Of a DNA stretch of 64,000 nt, positions 1-9,868 are shown piece after piece (position 1 is the first letter of the stretch; every line of letters begins with the position of its first letter). The position numbers were made by a program, and so were the translations under genes. Source of the DNA: an uncultured archaeon (lineage in GTDB: Archaea; Asgardarchaeota; Thorarchaeia; Thorarchaeales; Thorarchaeaceae). The stretch is from positions 46,470 through 110,469 of the forward strand of contig CAYWJO010000007.1 in the NCBI GenBank assembly GCA_964458565.1, given 5' to 3'. The notes under the pieces are model-generated. The model ran no database searches. It was not told where the DNA came from and saw only the letters and a list, made by a program, of their open reading frames with translations.

Positions 1-882
1 GACGAATTGACCAATCTAAATGAATACCTTCTCTCCACAAACCCTATTGACTGTGACAGTGATTCAGACCAAATGCCTGATGGCTGGGAGGTGCAATATG
101 GTCTGAATCCACTCGTTGATGACTCTCAATCCGACCTAGACTCAGATGATCTAACAAATGTTCAAGAATATATCTGTGAAACATTTCCAGACGATTCTGA
201 CAGTGACAATGATGCCATACCAGATGAATGGGAGGTACAAAACGGTCTGAATCCGCTGTTTAGTGATGCACAACAGGACACAGATGCAGATGGACTGAGT
301 AATCTGGAGGAATATCAGTATTCCACCAATCCGCAGGACTCTGACAGTGACAATGATGCCCTATCCGACTGGGTAGAGATCTATACCTATTCAACGGATC
401 CGCTTGACAATGATTCTGACAATGATGCTCTGACCGATGGTTCTGAGATCAACAGTCATGGAACCAATCCACTGGCATGGAGCACCGATGCAGATTTTTT
501 GAGCGATGGTCAGGAGATTGCCTGGGGGTATGATCCCAATGACTCGGACGACCCAATAACAGCTACAGAACTCATCGCCTCAGCATGGAGCAAGTCCATC
601 CTTGGGTATGTCCGAGTGAATGACCCTCTTGCTGTGGACTATGTAAAGGTGTACGTGAAATACAAGGACAGTTCTGGTTGGTGGACGAACTATTATTACC
701 TGGGTCGGGTCGATGATGTACATCCGGTCTATCAGGATTACTATATGTGTTGGACCCTTCAATATGGCTATGTCCAGATGAAGGTGTATGTCAAAGCCTA
801 TGACTCTGGTGCTCACTTCATAGGGAGTGATGTCTACTATGCGAACATAAAGACTGATGGAGGTGACCCTCCGCCTCTGTAA
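1..882 (+). CDS. Ca-binding thrombospondin type-3-like (DxDxDG) repeat surface protein, 5'-partial
   Basis: Frame is open from base 1. Repeated D(S/T)DxDxLxDxxE...TNP units are followed by a beta-rich C-terminal domain. Confidence 0.75.
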   Translation, partial: DELTNLNEYLLSTNPIDCDSDSDQMPDGWEVQYGLNPLVDDSQSDLDSDDLTNVQEYICETFPDDSDSDNDAIPDEWEVQNGLNPLFSDAQQDTDADGLSNLEEYQYSTNPQDSDSDNDALSDWVEIYTYSTDPLDNDSDNDALTDGSEINSHGTNPLAWSTDADFLSDGQEIAWGYDPNDSDDPITATELIASAWSKSILGYVRVNDPLAVDYVKVYVKYKDSSGWWTNYYYLGRVDDVHPVYQDYYMCWTLQYGYVQMKVYVKAYDSGAHFIGSDVYYANIKTDGGDPPPL

Positions 883-945
883 TAGAGTCTAATTTGCATC
901 TAGAAGATGGAAATCATCATATACACGAAGTCAGTATGGGAGAAG

Positions 946-2118
946 ATGGCTAACATGAGTAATAGTCGGGTATCAATACTGAGAGCCAATATCATAGTTG
1001 CAAGTATTTTATTCATTATAACAATCAGTCCCTCAGTTAATGCAATCTCTTGTTGCAGAGAATCAACTACTGAGCATTCTATGGACACGATTTGGACAGA
1101 AATAACTCATGGCTATATTCGTGAGGATGTCATGCCTTGGGATATAAAATTCAAGAATATAACACATGGCTGGGTTCTCAGTCAGAATGAGAGTAGTTTT
1201 GGTGATGGAATCATCCTATTCACAAATGATAGTGGATACTCATGGAATCTCCAAGTATACAGGGAACTGATGTGGTTCTCACGAATCACATTTGTTGAAA
1301 CAACTGTCTGGATAACTGCACAGGGTGGGCTGTTTCGCTCTGACACTGATGGAAAGACCTGGGAATACCTTGCACTTGGTGAGGATACTGATGGATTCAG
1401 AGGAATATGCTTCATCAACGATACTGTTGGGTGGACAGGTTCAAATCGGGGGATATACAAGACAGAAGACGGAGGTTCATCATGGGACGAGATTACAACA
1501 TGGCCCTTTGGTGATATTCCGCTTGATATCCATTTCACAACCGAACAAAATGGATGGATCACAGGGGGCTATGGTATCTATCATAGTGTTGATGGAGGTA
1601 TCACATGGGTGCGAGAACACAGCAAGGGTGGATGGCGGTTCTCTTTCATCAGTGCAACTGATGCTTGGGTGGTGGGAGACAACATGCTCGCTCACATGGT
1701 TGATGGAGAAAACTGGATTGAACAATCGCGCCCTACAAATGAGTATAGTAGACCTCCGTATTTTACAGATATTCTATTTCTAAATAAGACTCATGGCTGG
1801 ATTGGTGGTTCCACTCCTCAGATAGCTCACACTCAGAATGGGGGAGTTGACTGGTATAAACAGTCTGTTGCTGAAGATGGGAGAATCTATGCAATATGGT
1901 TCTATAACGAATCTCTTGGCTGGGCGACAGGTAGAGATGGCCGCATTTTTAGAACGACCATAGGAAGCGAGCTGGGAGAATTCTCATGGAGCACATCGAC
2001 TCCTACTCTTGTATACGGTGTTGGCTTTGCGATTATTGCTGTCATCAGCATCTCACTCGTTTTTGTAAGATATAGGAGAAAACACTCGGTTAGATTTCAA
2101 GCTCCAGTTATCGAATGA
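946..2118 (+). CDS. YCF48/BNR (Asp-box) beta-propeller surface protein with C-terminal membrane anchor
   Basis: Signal-like N-terminus, repeated SxDGGxTW Asp-box motifs, C-terminal TM helix followed by RYRRK. Start codon uncertain (907-955). Confidence 0.75.
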   Translation: MANMSNSRVSILRANIIVASILFIITISPSVNAISCCRESTTEHSMDTIWTEITHGYIREDVMPWDIKFKNITHGWVLSQNESSFGDGIILFTNDSGYSWNLQVYRELMWFSRITFVETTVWITAQGGLFRSDTDGKTWEYLALGEDTDGFRGICFINDTVGWTGSNRGIYKTEDGGSSWDEITTWPFGDIPLDIHFTTEQNGWITGGYGIYHSVDGGITWVREHSKGGWRFSFISATDAWVVGDNMLAHMVDGENWIEQSRPTNEYSRPPYFTDILFLNKTHGWIGGSTPQIAHTQNGGVDWYKQSVAEDGRIYAIWFYNESLGWATGRDGRIFRTTIGSELGEFSWSTSTPTLVYGVGFAIIAVISISLVFVRYRRKHSVRFQAPVIE

Positions 2119-2410
2119 GTATGTATATGACACGATCTCATTGATGCGTAGCGTTATTCTTATAACACTCTATGATTGTGCCTGTCAAAGCATGGGGATC
2201 GTACTAGAGGTTAAGATTAAATTTATCCAGTTCACCCTCGCTCTGATGAAATACGAAACAGATAGGACACTCAACATAATGAATACGGATGAATAGTTGT
2301 CCAATGCTACATCAACATTAGAAAAATAAATGAGAATATTCAATTCTTTAACAATGAAAAAGACTATAGGCAGTTATACTATTTAAATCTGAGAAAAGGG
2401 AGTGAGATTG

Positions 2411-2794
2411 ATGTCTTCGAAGAAATCATCCAAGGATAAAGAATTAGTAGTATTTGAATACCAATATGCCCCTGATTTCAAAGAATATTATGTTACAGGA
2501 GCAAGAGGTGGGATTCAGAATATCTACCATCTAAGACTCGATTTCTATTCAGAGAGAATAAGACTGCGATCTATGGAGGATGTCTTGGTTGAAGACGAAA
2601 AAGGCAAAAGAGTCATTATACCTAGAAAAGCTAAAAAGGGACCAGAAGTTGTTGAACGTAATTTCAAAATAGGTCTTAATTTATCGTTTAATGCTGTGAA
2701 AGAATTAGCAAATTTCCTTAATGTAAAAGTCAAAGAAATTGAAGAACTTGAAGAAAGAATGAACAAAGAAGGAATCATAGAAGAGGAGGGTTAG
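2411..2794 (+). CDS. Hypothetical protein, DUF3467-like
   Basis: YVTGARGG...LRLDFYSER pattern; first gene of a tightly coupled three-gene AT-rich cassette. Confidence 0.5.
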   Translation: MSSKKSSKDKELVVFEYQYAPDFKEYYVTGARGGIQNIYHLRLDFYSERIRLRSMEDVLVEDEKGKRVIIPRKAKKGPEVVERNFKIGLNLSFNAVKELANFLNVKVKEIEELEERMNKEGIIEEEG

Positions 2795-2796
2795 TC

Positions 2797-3132
2797 ATGT
2801 CAGAGGAGAATTGGATTTCAAGCATTCGTAAAGAAACCGGTTCAACCTATGCTGGATGGTATAGGCCAAATGGAATTGAAGGCACAGCAGCTATCTCGCG
2901 ACCAATTTCGTTTGATATAATAGTATCTCCCAAAGGCATCGAAAGGAAATCGGATACAGGAAGAACGTGGATCACATTGATGAGAGAAAGTGATAATGTT
3001 TTTGACAAACTTTTCGGATTGCTAGATGAAGATTCAGCAAAGAAGCTTGAGCTATTAATTTCTGAAATCAGAAAGGAAATGGATGACGATTTTAGAGAGA
3101 GAACAAGAGAGATGTTTGATGATTCTAGCTGA
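2797..3132 (+). CDS. Putative VapB-type antitoxin with N-terminal extension
   Basis: C-terminal LFGLLDEDSAKKLELLISEIRKE resembles archaeal VapB tails; overlaps the PIN gene start; GGAGG RBS. Confidence 0.55.
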   Translation: MSEENWISSIRKETGSTYAGWYRPNGIEGTAAISRPISFDIIVSPKGIERKSDTGRTWITLMRESDNVFDKLFGLLDEDSAKKLELLISEIRKEMDDDFRERTREMFDDSS

Positions 3133-3514
3133 TACTTCTTTTATCATTGATATATTGAGAGGAAATAAAGAAGCGAAAAAGCTGCAAGAAAGATATACTG
3201 CTACTAATCAGAGTACCGTTATTTCTACGATTTCATTATATGAGCTCTTTATAGGAGTATCAAAAGCTGAATTTCCTAATGAAGAAGAAGAAAAAATTAA
3301 CAAATTACTTAATCGACTCTTAACAACTGAATTTGATGAGATGAGTGCGAAAGAAGCAGGAAGCATATATGTTAATTTGAAGCATCGTGGAGAACTGATA
3401 GGTTCTATTGATATTCTTCTTGCGGGTATAGCAAAATCAAGTGGAATTCCAATAATAACCCGTAATGATGACCATTTCAAGAGGATTCAAGGGCTTGATG
3501 TAATTACGTATTAA
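3119..3514 (+). CDS. vapC: PIN-domain (VapC) ribonuclease toxin
   Basis: MILADTSFIID...ISLYEL...IDILLAGIA...ITRNDDHF; acidic PIN active-site residues present. Confidence 0.9.
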   Translation: MILADTSFIIDILRGNKEAKKLQERYTATNQSTVISTISLYELFIGVSKAEFPNEEEEKINKLLNRLLTTEFDEMSAKEAGSIYVNLKHRGELIGSIDILLAGIAKSSGIPIITRNDDHFKRIQGLDVITY

Positions 3515-3633
3515 CCAATCACTTGACTAATGAATCTAGAGATACCAATATCTCAACTCTCTGGGTTTTCTTAGAGAATTTCGATTTTTCCAAATAAACC
3601 TATTATTCAATCATCTTGTTTTGGTTAGCTTGG

Positions 3634-4836
3634 CTATGAGGACCTATCTCTTACATGTGTTGAGTGAACTGTAAGAAATTTCTGTGTTTCACCTTTCTTA
3701 CGACTACTGTCACCAGCCTTCTTCTGTTTTGACTCATTAGAAGCGACGTAATCTTTCTCCAACTTCATTTGGACATGGTCCATCTGTTGACACCAGGTTT
3801 CTGTCCTCTGCATTTTGTTTTCATTAGCGTCAGATACATTTTTTGTTCTAATGATAGCAGAAGGGTTTTCCACAGTCTTTTCCATGGCAGGGTCTTTAGT
3901 GTTATCAAACATAGCTAATGATGTCTGACTCTCACACTCAGCCACGGATCGTCTCCTTGAATCTGACGACTTCGAAGACGATATGGACTCCCTTTTAGAG
4001 CATTTACTCCTTGAGGTATTTGGGATGGCTTTTGACTTGCAAAGCCAAACTCCTAGTCCATTCTTCTCATCTCTTAGTGAATTGATGAGCTTGATGACAC
4101 GCATTCCAATATTGATTGCTCCATTAAGGTCTGCGTTTGCTCTGAAACCACAAGTGTGACAAATGAAAAGACTTTGTTTTGGTCGTACTCCCTTGTTCCC
4201 ACATCTATGACATATAATCGAGGTCCAAGCTTCATTGACTGCCAAGAATCTTTTTTTGTCAAATCCTTTAGTTACCAAGGAATGTTCAAGATAGACTCTT
4301 ATACGAGCAAAAGACCATCGATGTATCATTCTTCGATATTTCTTACCTCTCAGATTACCTCTCCTCGCTGATTCACGAATTCCACGAAGTTTTCCTATGG
4401 CAATCCATATGTCATAGTCTTTTGTTAACTCAATGATTCTGGAAACAATATCACTCACAAGTTTCTTATCGAATTCTTTACTAACTCTATCTCGTTTCCC
4501 ACTCAAGATTCTTAATCGTTTAGCGACTTGGCTTGAATCCTTTCTTTGTGATATCAGGCGTTCCTTCATTTTCTGTAGACTAGCAATATTCTCGTCATAT
4601 TTTGATATGACTTGCAGCTTGTCATCTTGATACCAATACTGAACATGTTTGAATCCAGATTTTGTCAATAAGACAGTGCATGCTGCTTTATCAATACCCA
4701 AATCGATTCCAAAAACAGCAGAGGGTTTTCCAACCGACTCGATTTTTTGAACATCTATTGTGACTGTAAAAATCGCCCACCATTTCTTATGGGTGTCCTT
4801 GAAGAGTCTTACAGTCTTTACATTCCCACGTTTCAT
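3634..4836 (-). mobile_element. tnpB: IS200/IS605/IS607-type TnpB, 5'-truncated (RuvC plus Zn ribbon plus long C-terminal tail)
   Basis: GIDLG (RuvC-I), VNEAWTS-CHRCG...CHTCG Zn finger, NADLNGAINI (RuvC-III). In-frame stop about 15 codons upstream, so the N-terminal REC/WED region is missing. Confidence 0.8.
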
Positions 4837-4962
4837 TTGTCTGAGATGAAATGTAATGAATCTAAGACCAGTTAATTTGCATCACATCTTCATTGCCTAT
4901 CTATTTTCATCGATATTTATGAATAAGTTTATCAATCAAATAAAAAGGGCATGTATAGTCAT

Positions 4963-5101
4963 GGGTCGGTGGTCTAGCTACCAGGTCAGGTTTTCTGTCT
5001 TGGCTAGAATGGCTATGATTCTTGGTTTGGGTCCGAGAGTCAATCTGACTCTCTAGCAAGGATCCAAGGGATCGGGCGTTCGAATCGCCCCCGGCCCACC
5101 A
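4963..5101 (+). tRNA. tRNA-Pro(TGG) with two introns (D-loop 17/17a, 4980-5009; canonical 37/38, 5032-5062), CCA encoded
   Basis: GGGTCGG/CCGGCCC acceptor stem, CTTGG-TT-TGG-GT-CCAAG anticodon arm, GGGCG-TTCGAAT-CGCCC T arm; bulge-helix-bulge (BHB)-like junctions. Confidence 0.9.
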
Positions 5102-5147
5102 TTTCTTCTTGATTCTCTGTGGTGCTTTTTAGGTATCATACAAGTAA

Positions 5148-5852
5148 ATGTCCGAGAGAAACGTTATGCAGACTGGACAAGAACTTGCCATCACTGCTAA
5201 TATTGCGGCTTTCATTGTATCCGCAGCAGTTGCAGCATTTTTACTTCGCCTATGGTATCGACAGGAGAACAAAATCTACACTGACCTACCGTTGATGTTT
5301 GGAATTACTTTCGCATCGATGGCTTTGAATGCCTTAATTCAAGCTATCACAATATCTGAAATTATTGGTGCCACGATGGATATTTTTCGTATTCGGGCTC
5401 TAGTAATCAGTGGGTCTGCATTCCCTCTACTTGGTGCATTACTCAATATCTGGCTTCCAAAATATCAGAAACATCATGTACAAATCATGTTGTCACTCAT
5501 TGGATATTGGATCCTTGTATCTGTTCTGGGTCCAACAGAAGCATTAGTAATGTCACTTTTGATTCCCCTGCTTCTTGTATTCACCATTGGCATGATGGTT
5601 ACCTTCTCTATTACTTGGAAGACGGGTCGATTAGAAGAAGTCCGGAGCGACCTCATGGTCCTGACGCTACTCATTGGTTTTGTAAGCCAAGTAATCCGTG
5701 TCCCAATGACATCGATGGGTCTAGATTTCATTCCGATTAGTATTGCTGCATTATCTGCCGTAATTGGTGGGTTCGCATTGGCAAATCCATGGTACCATCA
5801 GAAACAGGCACGAGCCAAGATAGAATCACATTCAGTTGTAGTTGGTGTATAG
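5148..5852 (+). CDS. Hypothetical ~7-TM membrane protein
   Basis: Seven hydrophobic segments in 234 aa. Confidence 0.7.
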   Translation: MSERNVMQTGQELAITANIAAFIVSAAVAAFLLRLWYRQENKIYTDLPLMFGITFASMALNALIQAITISEIIGATMDIFRIRALVISGSAFPLLGALLNIWLPKYQKHHVQIMLSLIGYWILVSVLGPTEALVMSLLIPLLLVFTIGMMVTFSITWKTGRLEEVRSDLMVLTLLIGFVSQVIRVPMTSMGLDFIPISIAALSAVIGGFALANPWYHQKQARAKIESHSVVVGV

Positions 5853-5854
5853 TC

Positions 5855-6757
5855 TTGAATGCAAGATTAGTAGTTTTATATAACAACAAAGCCCCAGCTA
5901 ACAGTCCTTTCAAGAGTTCAAACGGGCTCAGTTGGTATTTAGAGTTTGAAGACCAGCATATTCTATTTGATTTGGGATTGAAGGGATCGACACTTTTACA
6001 CAATATGGAACAAATAGGAATTAGTCCTGACGATATCGATATACTTGTCCTATCACACGCTCATATTGACCACACAGGTGCCTTACCTGATTTCCTTAAA
6101 GCTCGAACTACTGCAAAAAAACTCCTAGTTATTGCCCATCCAAGTGTACTGGAACCAAAACGTGCTGCTCGTTTGTTGAATATTGGATTACCTGACCTAG
6201 ATTTAGAACTTAAGCAACGGGTTCGGTTACAGATGACTGATGCCCCATACGCCATCAATCCATTTGTGTTCACAACAGGGGAAATCTCTGACCGTAGCGA
6301 AAAGGATGGCACAGGATGGGTGATGCAACATCTGTTTGATGGACATTGGTCCACAGATCCCATATTGGATGACCAATCAATCGTCCTGAGTACCAAAAAG
6401 GGGCTAATTGTAATTTGTGGGTGTTGCCATGCTGGTTTGATTAACACATGCAACCATGTCAAGAATATGGTTCATTCAAGAATCATCCATGTGTTAGGCG
6501 GGACTCACACCAGATCCTTCTCTCGTGATCAAATGGAATATATTGGGGACAAACTCGAATTGGAACTTGAGCTTCCAAATCTCTCTCTTGGTCATTGCGT
6601 GGGTCGTAAACAGTTACAGTATCTGAAAGACCGGTTTGGAACAAAACTAGTGGGAGAATTAGAGGTCGGAGATGAGTTCACTTTCGAACTATCCGTACCT
6701 GATCCAATGGTGATGCAGGAAATCTGGCGAATACAGAATCATCCGGCATCCGACTAA
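5855..6757 (+). CDS. MBL-fold metallo-hydrolase
   Basis: LSHAHIDHTG, GCCHAG, GGTH, GHC motifs; probable TTG start at 5855. Confidence 0.85.
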   Translation: MNARLVVLYNNKAPANSPFKSSNGLSWYLEFEDQHILFDLGLKGSTLLHNMEQIGISPDDIDILVLSHAHIDHTGALPDFLKARTTAKKLLVIAHPSVLEPKRAARLLNIGLPDLDLELKQRVRLQMTDAPYAINPFVFTTGEISDRSEKDGTGWVMQHLFDGHWSTDPILDDQSIVLSTKKGLIVICGCCHAGLINTCNHVKNMVHSRIIHVLGGTHTRSFSRDQMEYIGDKLELELELPNLSLGHCVGRKQLQYLKDRFGTKLVGELEVGDEFTFELSVPDPMVMQEIWRIQNHPASD

Positions 6758-6814
6758 TACGAGTTCGTCAATAGTCGAAATCCTTATCTTCTAGCTCTGA
6801 GGAAATAATTCCAC

Positions 6815-7540
6815 ATGTCAACTCAGACATCAGCTAGGGAAAGGCTTGCCAAAAGGATTGCTGGCGAGATTGCATTGTCTGATATGCCCGGACAAACTAT
6901 GCGTATTTGGAGAGAGCGATTCAGGCTCCCCCAGATTGTACTAGCTGACTATCTGAATATCAGCCCCAGTGTGATAAGTGACTATGAGTCAGGGCGAAGA
7001 AAATCCCCTGGGACTGCAACAATACGTCGTTTTGTCATGGCACTTCTTGCATTGGATGAGCGAAATGGGGGTCAAGTCATTTCGGCTTTCCTTCGTCTGA
7101 TGGATGTTTCCTTAGTCGACATGAACATAGTATTAGCCATGAGTGATTTTCGATCCCCCATCACGATTCGTGAATTCTGTAAGCAACTGAAATGTGATAT
7201 TCTTACGGGAGAATCCATGTTAGATAAGGAACTCTATGGCTACACATTGGTTGATGTTGAACGTGCAGTAAAGGAACTTGATAATGAGGCTTTTCTCAAG
7301 TTATTTGGGGCGACAACTGAACGTTGTTTGCTATTTACTAAAGTGAGTACTGGCCGGGCGCCTCTGATTGCAATCAAGTCTCAAGAATTCAAGCCCACAC
7401 TCGTTATATTACATGGTGCGAGTGAGGTTGACAGATTAGCTTTGGACCTCTCAGAACAGATGAGAATCCCCCTTGCAGTCAGCAGAATCGGACCGATTGA
7501 GTCTCTTGTTAAAGAACTCAGAGGTGTAGACCCTAATTAA
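6815..7540 (+). CDS. Archaeal XRE-type HTH transcriptional regulator (COG1709-like)
   Basis: RIAGEIALS...WRERF...SPSVISDYESGRRKSPG; C-terminal TTERCLLFTKVSTGRAP. Confidence 0.85.
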   Translation: MSTQTSARERLAKRIAGEIALSDMPGQTMRIWRERFRLPQIVLADYLNISPSVISDYESGRRKSPGTATIRRFVMALLALDERNGGQVISAFLRLMDVSLVDMNIVLAMSDFRSPITIREFCKQLKCDILTGESMLDKELYGYTLVDVERAVKELDNEAFLKLFGATTERCLLFTKVSTGRAPLIAIKSQEFKPTLVILHGASEVDRLALDLSEQMRIPLAVSRIGPIESLVKELRGVDPN

Positions 7541-8451
7541 CCGAGAATCATCTTAAGAATCGCCATTCTAGTAACTACACCACTGTAGACTTGATCAAAG
7601 TACTTTGCATGGGGCGTAGCATCAACATCAGGATCAATTTCATCTACTCGTGGGAGTGGATGCAAGATTATTGCTTCAGGTTTCATCTGTTCTACTTCAT
7701 TCATCGTAATGCGGAATTTACCCTTTACAGAATCATATTCACGAATATCAGGGAATCGTTCTTTCTGTATTCGTGTCATGTAAACTACATCAACATCTTT
7801 CACCGCATCTTCCAGATTCTCCACTTCTTCCACTTCGATTCCAGCTTCTTTCATCTCATTAATGATTGTGGGTTTCATTCTGAGAGCTTGAGGTGCTGCC
7901 AGTTTGACCTTGACATTATAATATCTAAGCGCAAGACCGAGGGAATGTACTGTTCGTCCGTACTTCAAATCTCCACAGAGGGATATCGTAATTCCGTCAA
8001 TCGAGTTTTTCATTTTCTTTATCGAGTATAAGTCTAAGAGTGCCTGTGTTGGATGTTCTTCAGATCCGCTTCCTGCATTGATAACGGGAATTTTAGAGAA
8101 CTCAGATGCCACTCGTGCTGAACCATCTAGTGGATGACGAATGACAATAATATCTGCATAACGCTCTACAGTTCTTATTGTATCTGCAAGTGTTTCCCCT
8201 TTCCCCCCGGCACTAGTTGCTATCACATCAGCAAACCCGAGCACCTTACCACCAAGCCGGAGCATCGCACTCTCAAATGAAAGTCTGGTTCTTGTAGATG
8301 CTTCAAAGAAGAGAGTTGCCATTATCTTGTTGCTTAGCTCATTAGATCTATCGATTGCAATTTTCTCCATACTTGCTGCATTGTCCAAAATGAGATCGAT
8401 ATCTTCCCTTTTCAGGTCGTGAATACTAATTAGATTATGAAGCTTACCCAT
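7537..8451 (-). CDS. pyrB: Aspartate carbamoyltransferase catalytic subunit
   Basis: FFEASTRTRLSFE, HPTQ, GDLKYGRTVHS, HPLPR. Confidence 0.97.
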   Translation of the reverse strand: MGKLHNLISIHDLKREDIDLILDNAASMEKIAIDRSNELSNKIMATLFFEASTRTRLSFESAMLRLGGKVLGFADVIATSAGGKGETLADTIRTVERYADIIVIRHPLDGSARVASEFSKIPVINAGSGSEEHPTQALLDLYSIKKMKNSIDGITISLCGDLKYGRTVHSLGLALRYYNVKVKLAAPQALRMKPTIINEMKEAGIEVEEVENLEDAVKDVDVVYMTRIQKERFPDIREYDSVKGKFRITMNEVEQMKPEAIILHPLPRVDEIDPDVDATPHAKYFDQVYSGVVTRMAILKMILG

Positions 8452-8502
8452 ATAGCCACAATCCTAGACTATCTGGGATTTTTCAACTAAGATATACCTT
8501 CT

Positions 8503-8991
8503 TTAACCTTCCTGATTGTTAGATGCATTTCTCCCATATTTTCTCACTATGTCTATTTTTCTAACAGTGAGATCTGCCTCTCTGACAAGTTGGGCTGCAA
8601 GTTCATCATCGTATTCTTCGATATAGATTATCTCATTGATACCTGCATTGATTATCATCTTTGTACAGATACTGCAAGGTTTGGTTGTACCGTAAATCTT
8701 TGCACCACGAACACTCACACCATGATAAGCAGCTTGAATAATCGCATTTTGCTCTGCATGAAGTCCTCGACAGAGTTCGTGGCGTTCACCGGGTTTTACT
8801 CCCAACTGCTCTCTGATACATCCAACCTCATCACAGTGCGGTAATCCCTTTGGAGCTCCATTATAACCAGTGGATAGAATTTGGCCGTCTTTAACTATGA
8901 CGGCTCCTACTTGATTTCTTAGGCAGGTACTCCTAGATGAAACCAGATCTGAAATCTCACCAAAGTATACATCCTTGCTCTTTCGTTTCAA
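8503..8991 (-). CDS. dCMP deaminase (cytidine/deoxycytidylate deaminase family)
   Basis: RSTC..QVGAVIV, GYNG, HAEQNA, PCSIC. Confidence 0.92.
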   Translation of the reverse strand: MKRKSKDVYFGEISDLVSSRSTCLRNQVGAVIVKDGQILSTGYNGAPKGLPHCDEVGCIREQLGVKPGERHELCRGLHAEQNAIIQAAYHGVSVRGAKIYGTTKPCSICTKMIINAGINEIIYIEEYDDELAAQLVREADLTVRKIDIVRKYGRNASNNQEG

Positions 8992-9132
8992 TGGTCATTC
9001 ATTCCTTGATTATTCCACTCGTGTGTGATTGAATTCCTCTTAAGAAGTTCACCTTAGTCATAGATGGGAAAGATAAAAAGAACACACCTTTTGAGAATAG
9101 ATATCTCCTCAATTAGATGGATGATTTCAAAG

Positions 9133-9477
9133 ATGCGTAAGAAAGACGGTATTGTGATTTGGCCTGCATATATAGACTCAACATTGTCTCGTTCAGAGGG
9201 ACGAAGGATTCCTAAAAATCTGGCTGCACCTACTGTCACGGTCTCTATATTGGCAAAGGCAGCAGAGGCTTCCGCAATGGAATATAAAATCGAGCAGTCA
9301 AAACTCTATCCACGTACATGGATAAGCGGTAATAGTGGTTACATAGTCGTGAAGGGAACAAGTCATCCCAAGAAAAGATTACTCTTGATGCTGGCTAAGA
9401 GTGTAAGAAAGATTGTTGCACAACGCGAATCTGCTACTAAGGAATCTAAGAAGAAGAGTAAAAAACGACGAAAGTAG
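9133..9477 (+). CDS. srp19: Signal recognition particle 19 kDa protein
   Basis: VIWPAYIDS..SRSEGRRIPK...YPR. Confidence 0.92.
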   Translation: MRKKDGIVIWPAYIDSTLSRSEGRRIPKNLAAPTVTVSILAKAAEASAMEYKIEQSKLYPRTWISGNSGYIVVKGTSHPKKRLLLMLAKSVRKIVAQRESATKESKKKSKKRRK

Positions 9478-9491
9478 GAGATTTATGTATA

Positions 9492-9734
9492 ATGCGGCGT
9501 CTTGGTGAAGTCTTACATCTTTCAAAACGTGGCTCTTTGATCCTTAGAACTGAGAAGACTCCTCCCATTGGACACCATGCTCTTGTTCTAGATAAGAAGG
9601 CAAACAGAATTGGTACCATAATCGATGTATTTGGTCCAGTTGGAAATCCCTACGTGGCAATTCGACCGTTCAATAACACAAATTCCGAATCTCTGATAGG
9701 GCAAGTATTATACCTTCAGAAGAAAGAAAAATGA
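9492..9734 (+). CDS. gar1: H/ACA RNP component Gar1
   Basis: MRRLGEVLH...IGTIIDVFGPVGNPYVAI. Confidence 0.9.
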   Translation: MRRLGEVLHLSKRGSLILRTEKTPPIGHHALVLDKKANRIGTIIDVFGPVGNPYVAIRPFNNTNSESLIGQVLYLQKKEK

Positions 9735-9868
9735 CGTACACAAATGTACATTAGGGAACATTCTATATCATAAAGGATGCGATTATGTTTGGCACCTTCC
9801 GAAATCTAAATAATCCTCCATATACTATGGCTAGTATTGCCATGTGTCTAATATCAAGGGTCATACCA

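Noticed and set aside
1-560. Nucleotide repeats such as GA(T/C)TCTGACAGTGACAATGATGC
   Set aside because: They encode the DxDxD protein repeats; not a CRISPR array.
1-4950. Possible integrated element anchored at tRNA-Pro
   Set aside because: No integrase and no tRNA-fragment direct repeat seen within the window.
4856-5056. 66-aa ORF in the track
   Set aside because: Overlaps the tRNA-Pro gene; spurious.
6767-6781. GTCA(A)TAGTCGA similarity between the HTH-gene promoter and the pyrH upstream region (62199-62218)
   Set aside because: Match is too short to support a shared pyrimidine regulon.
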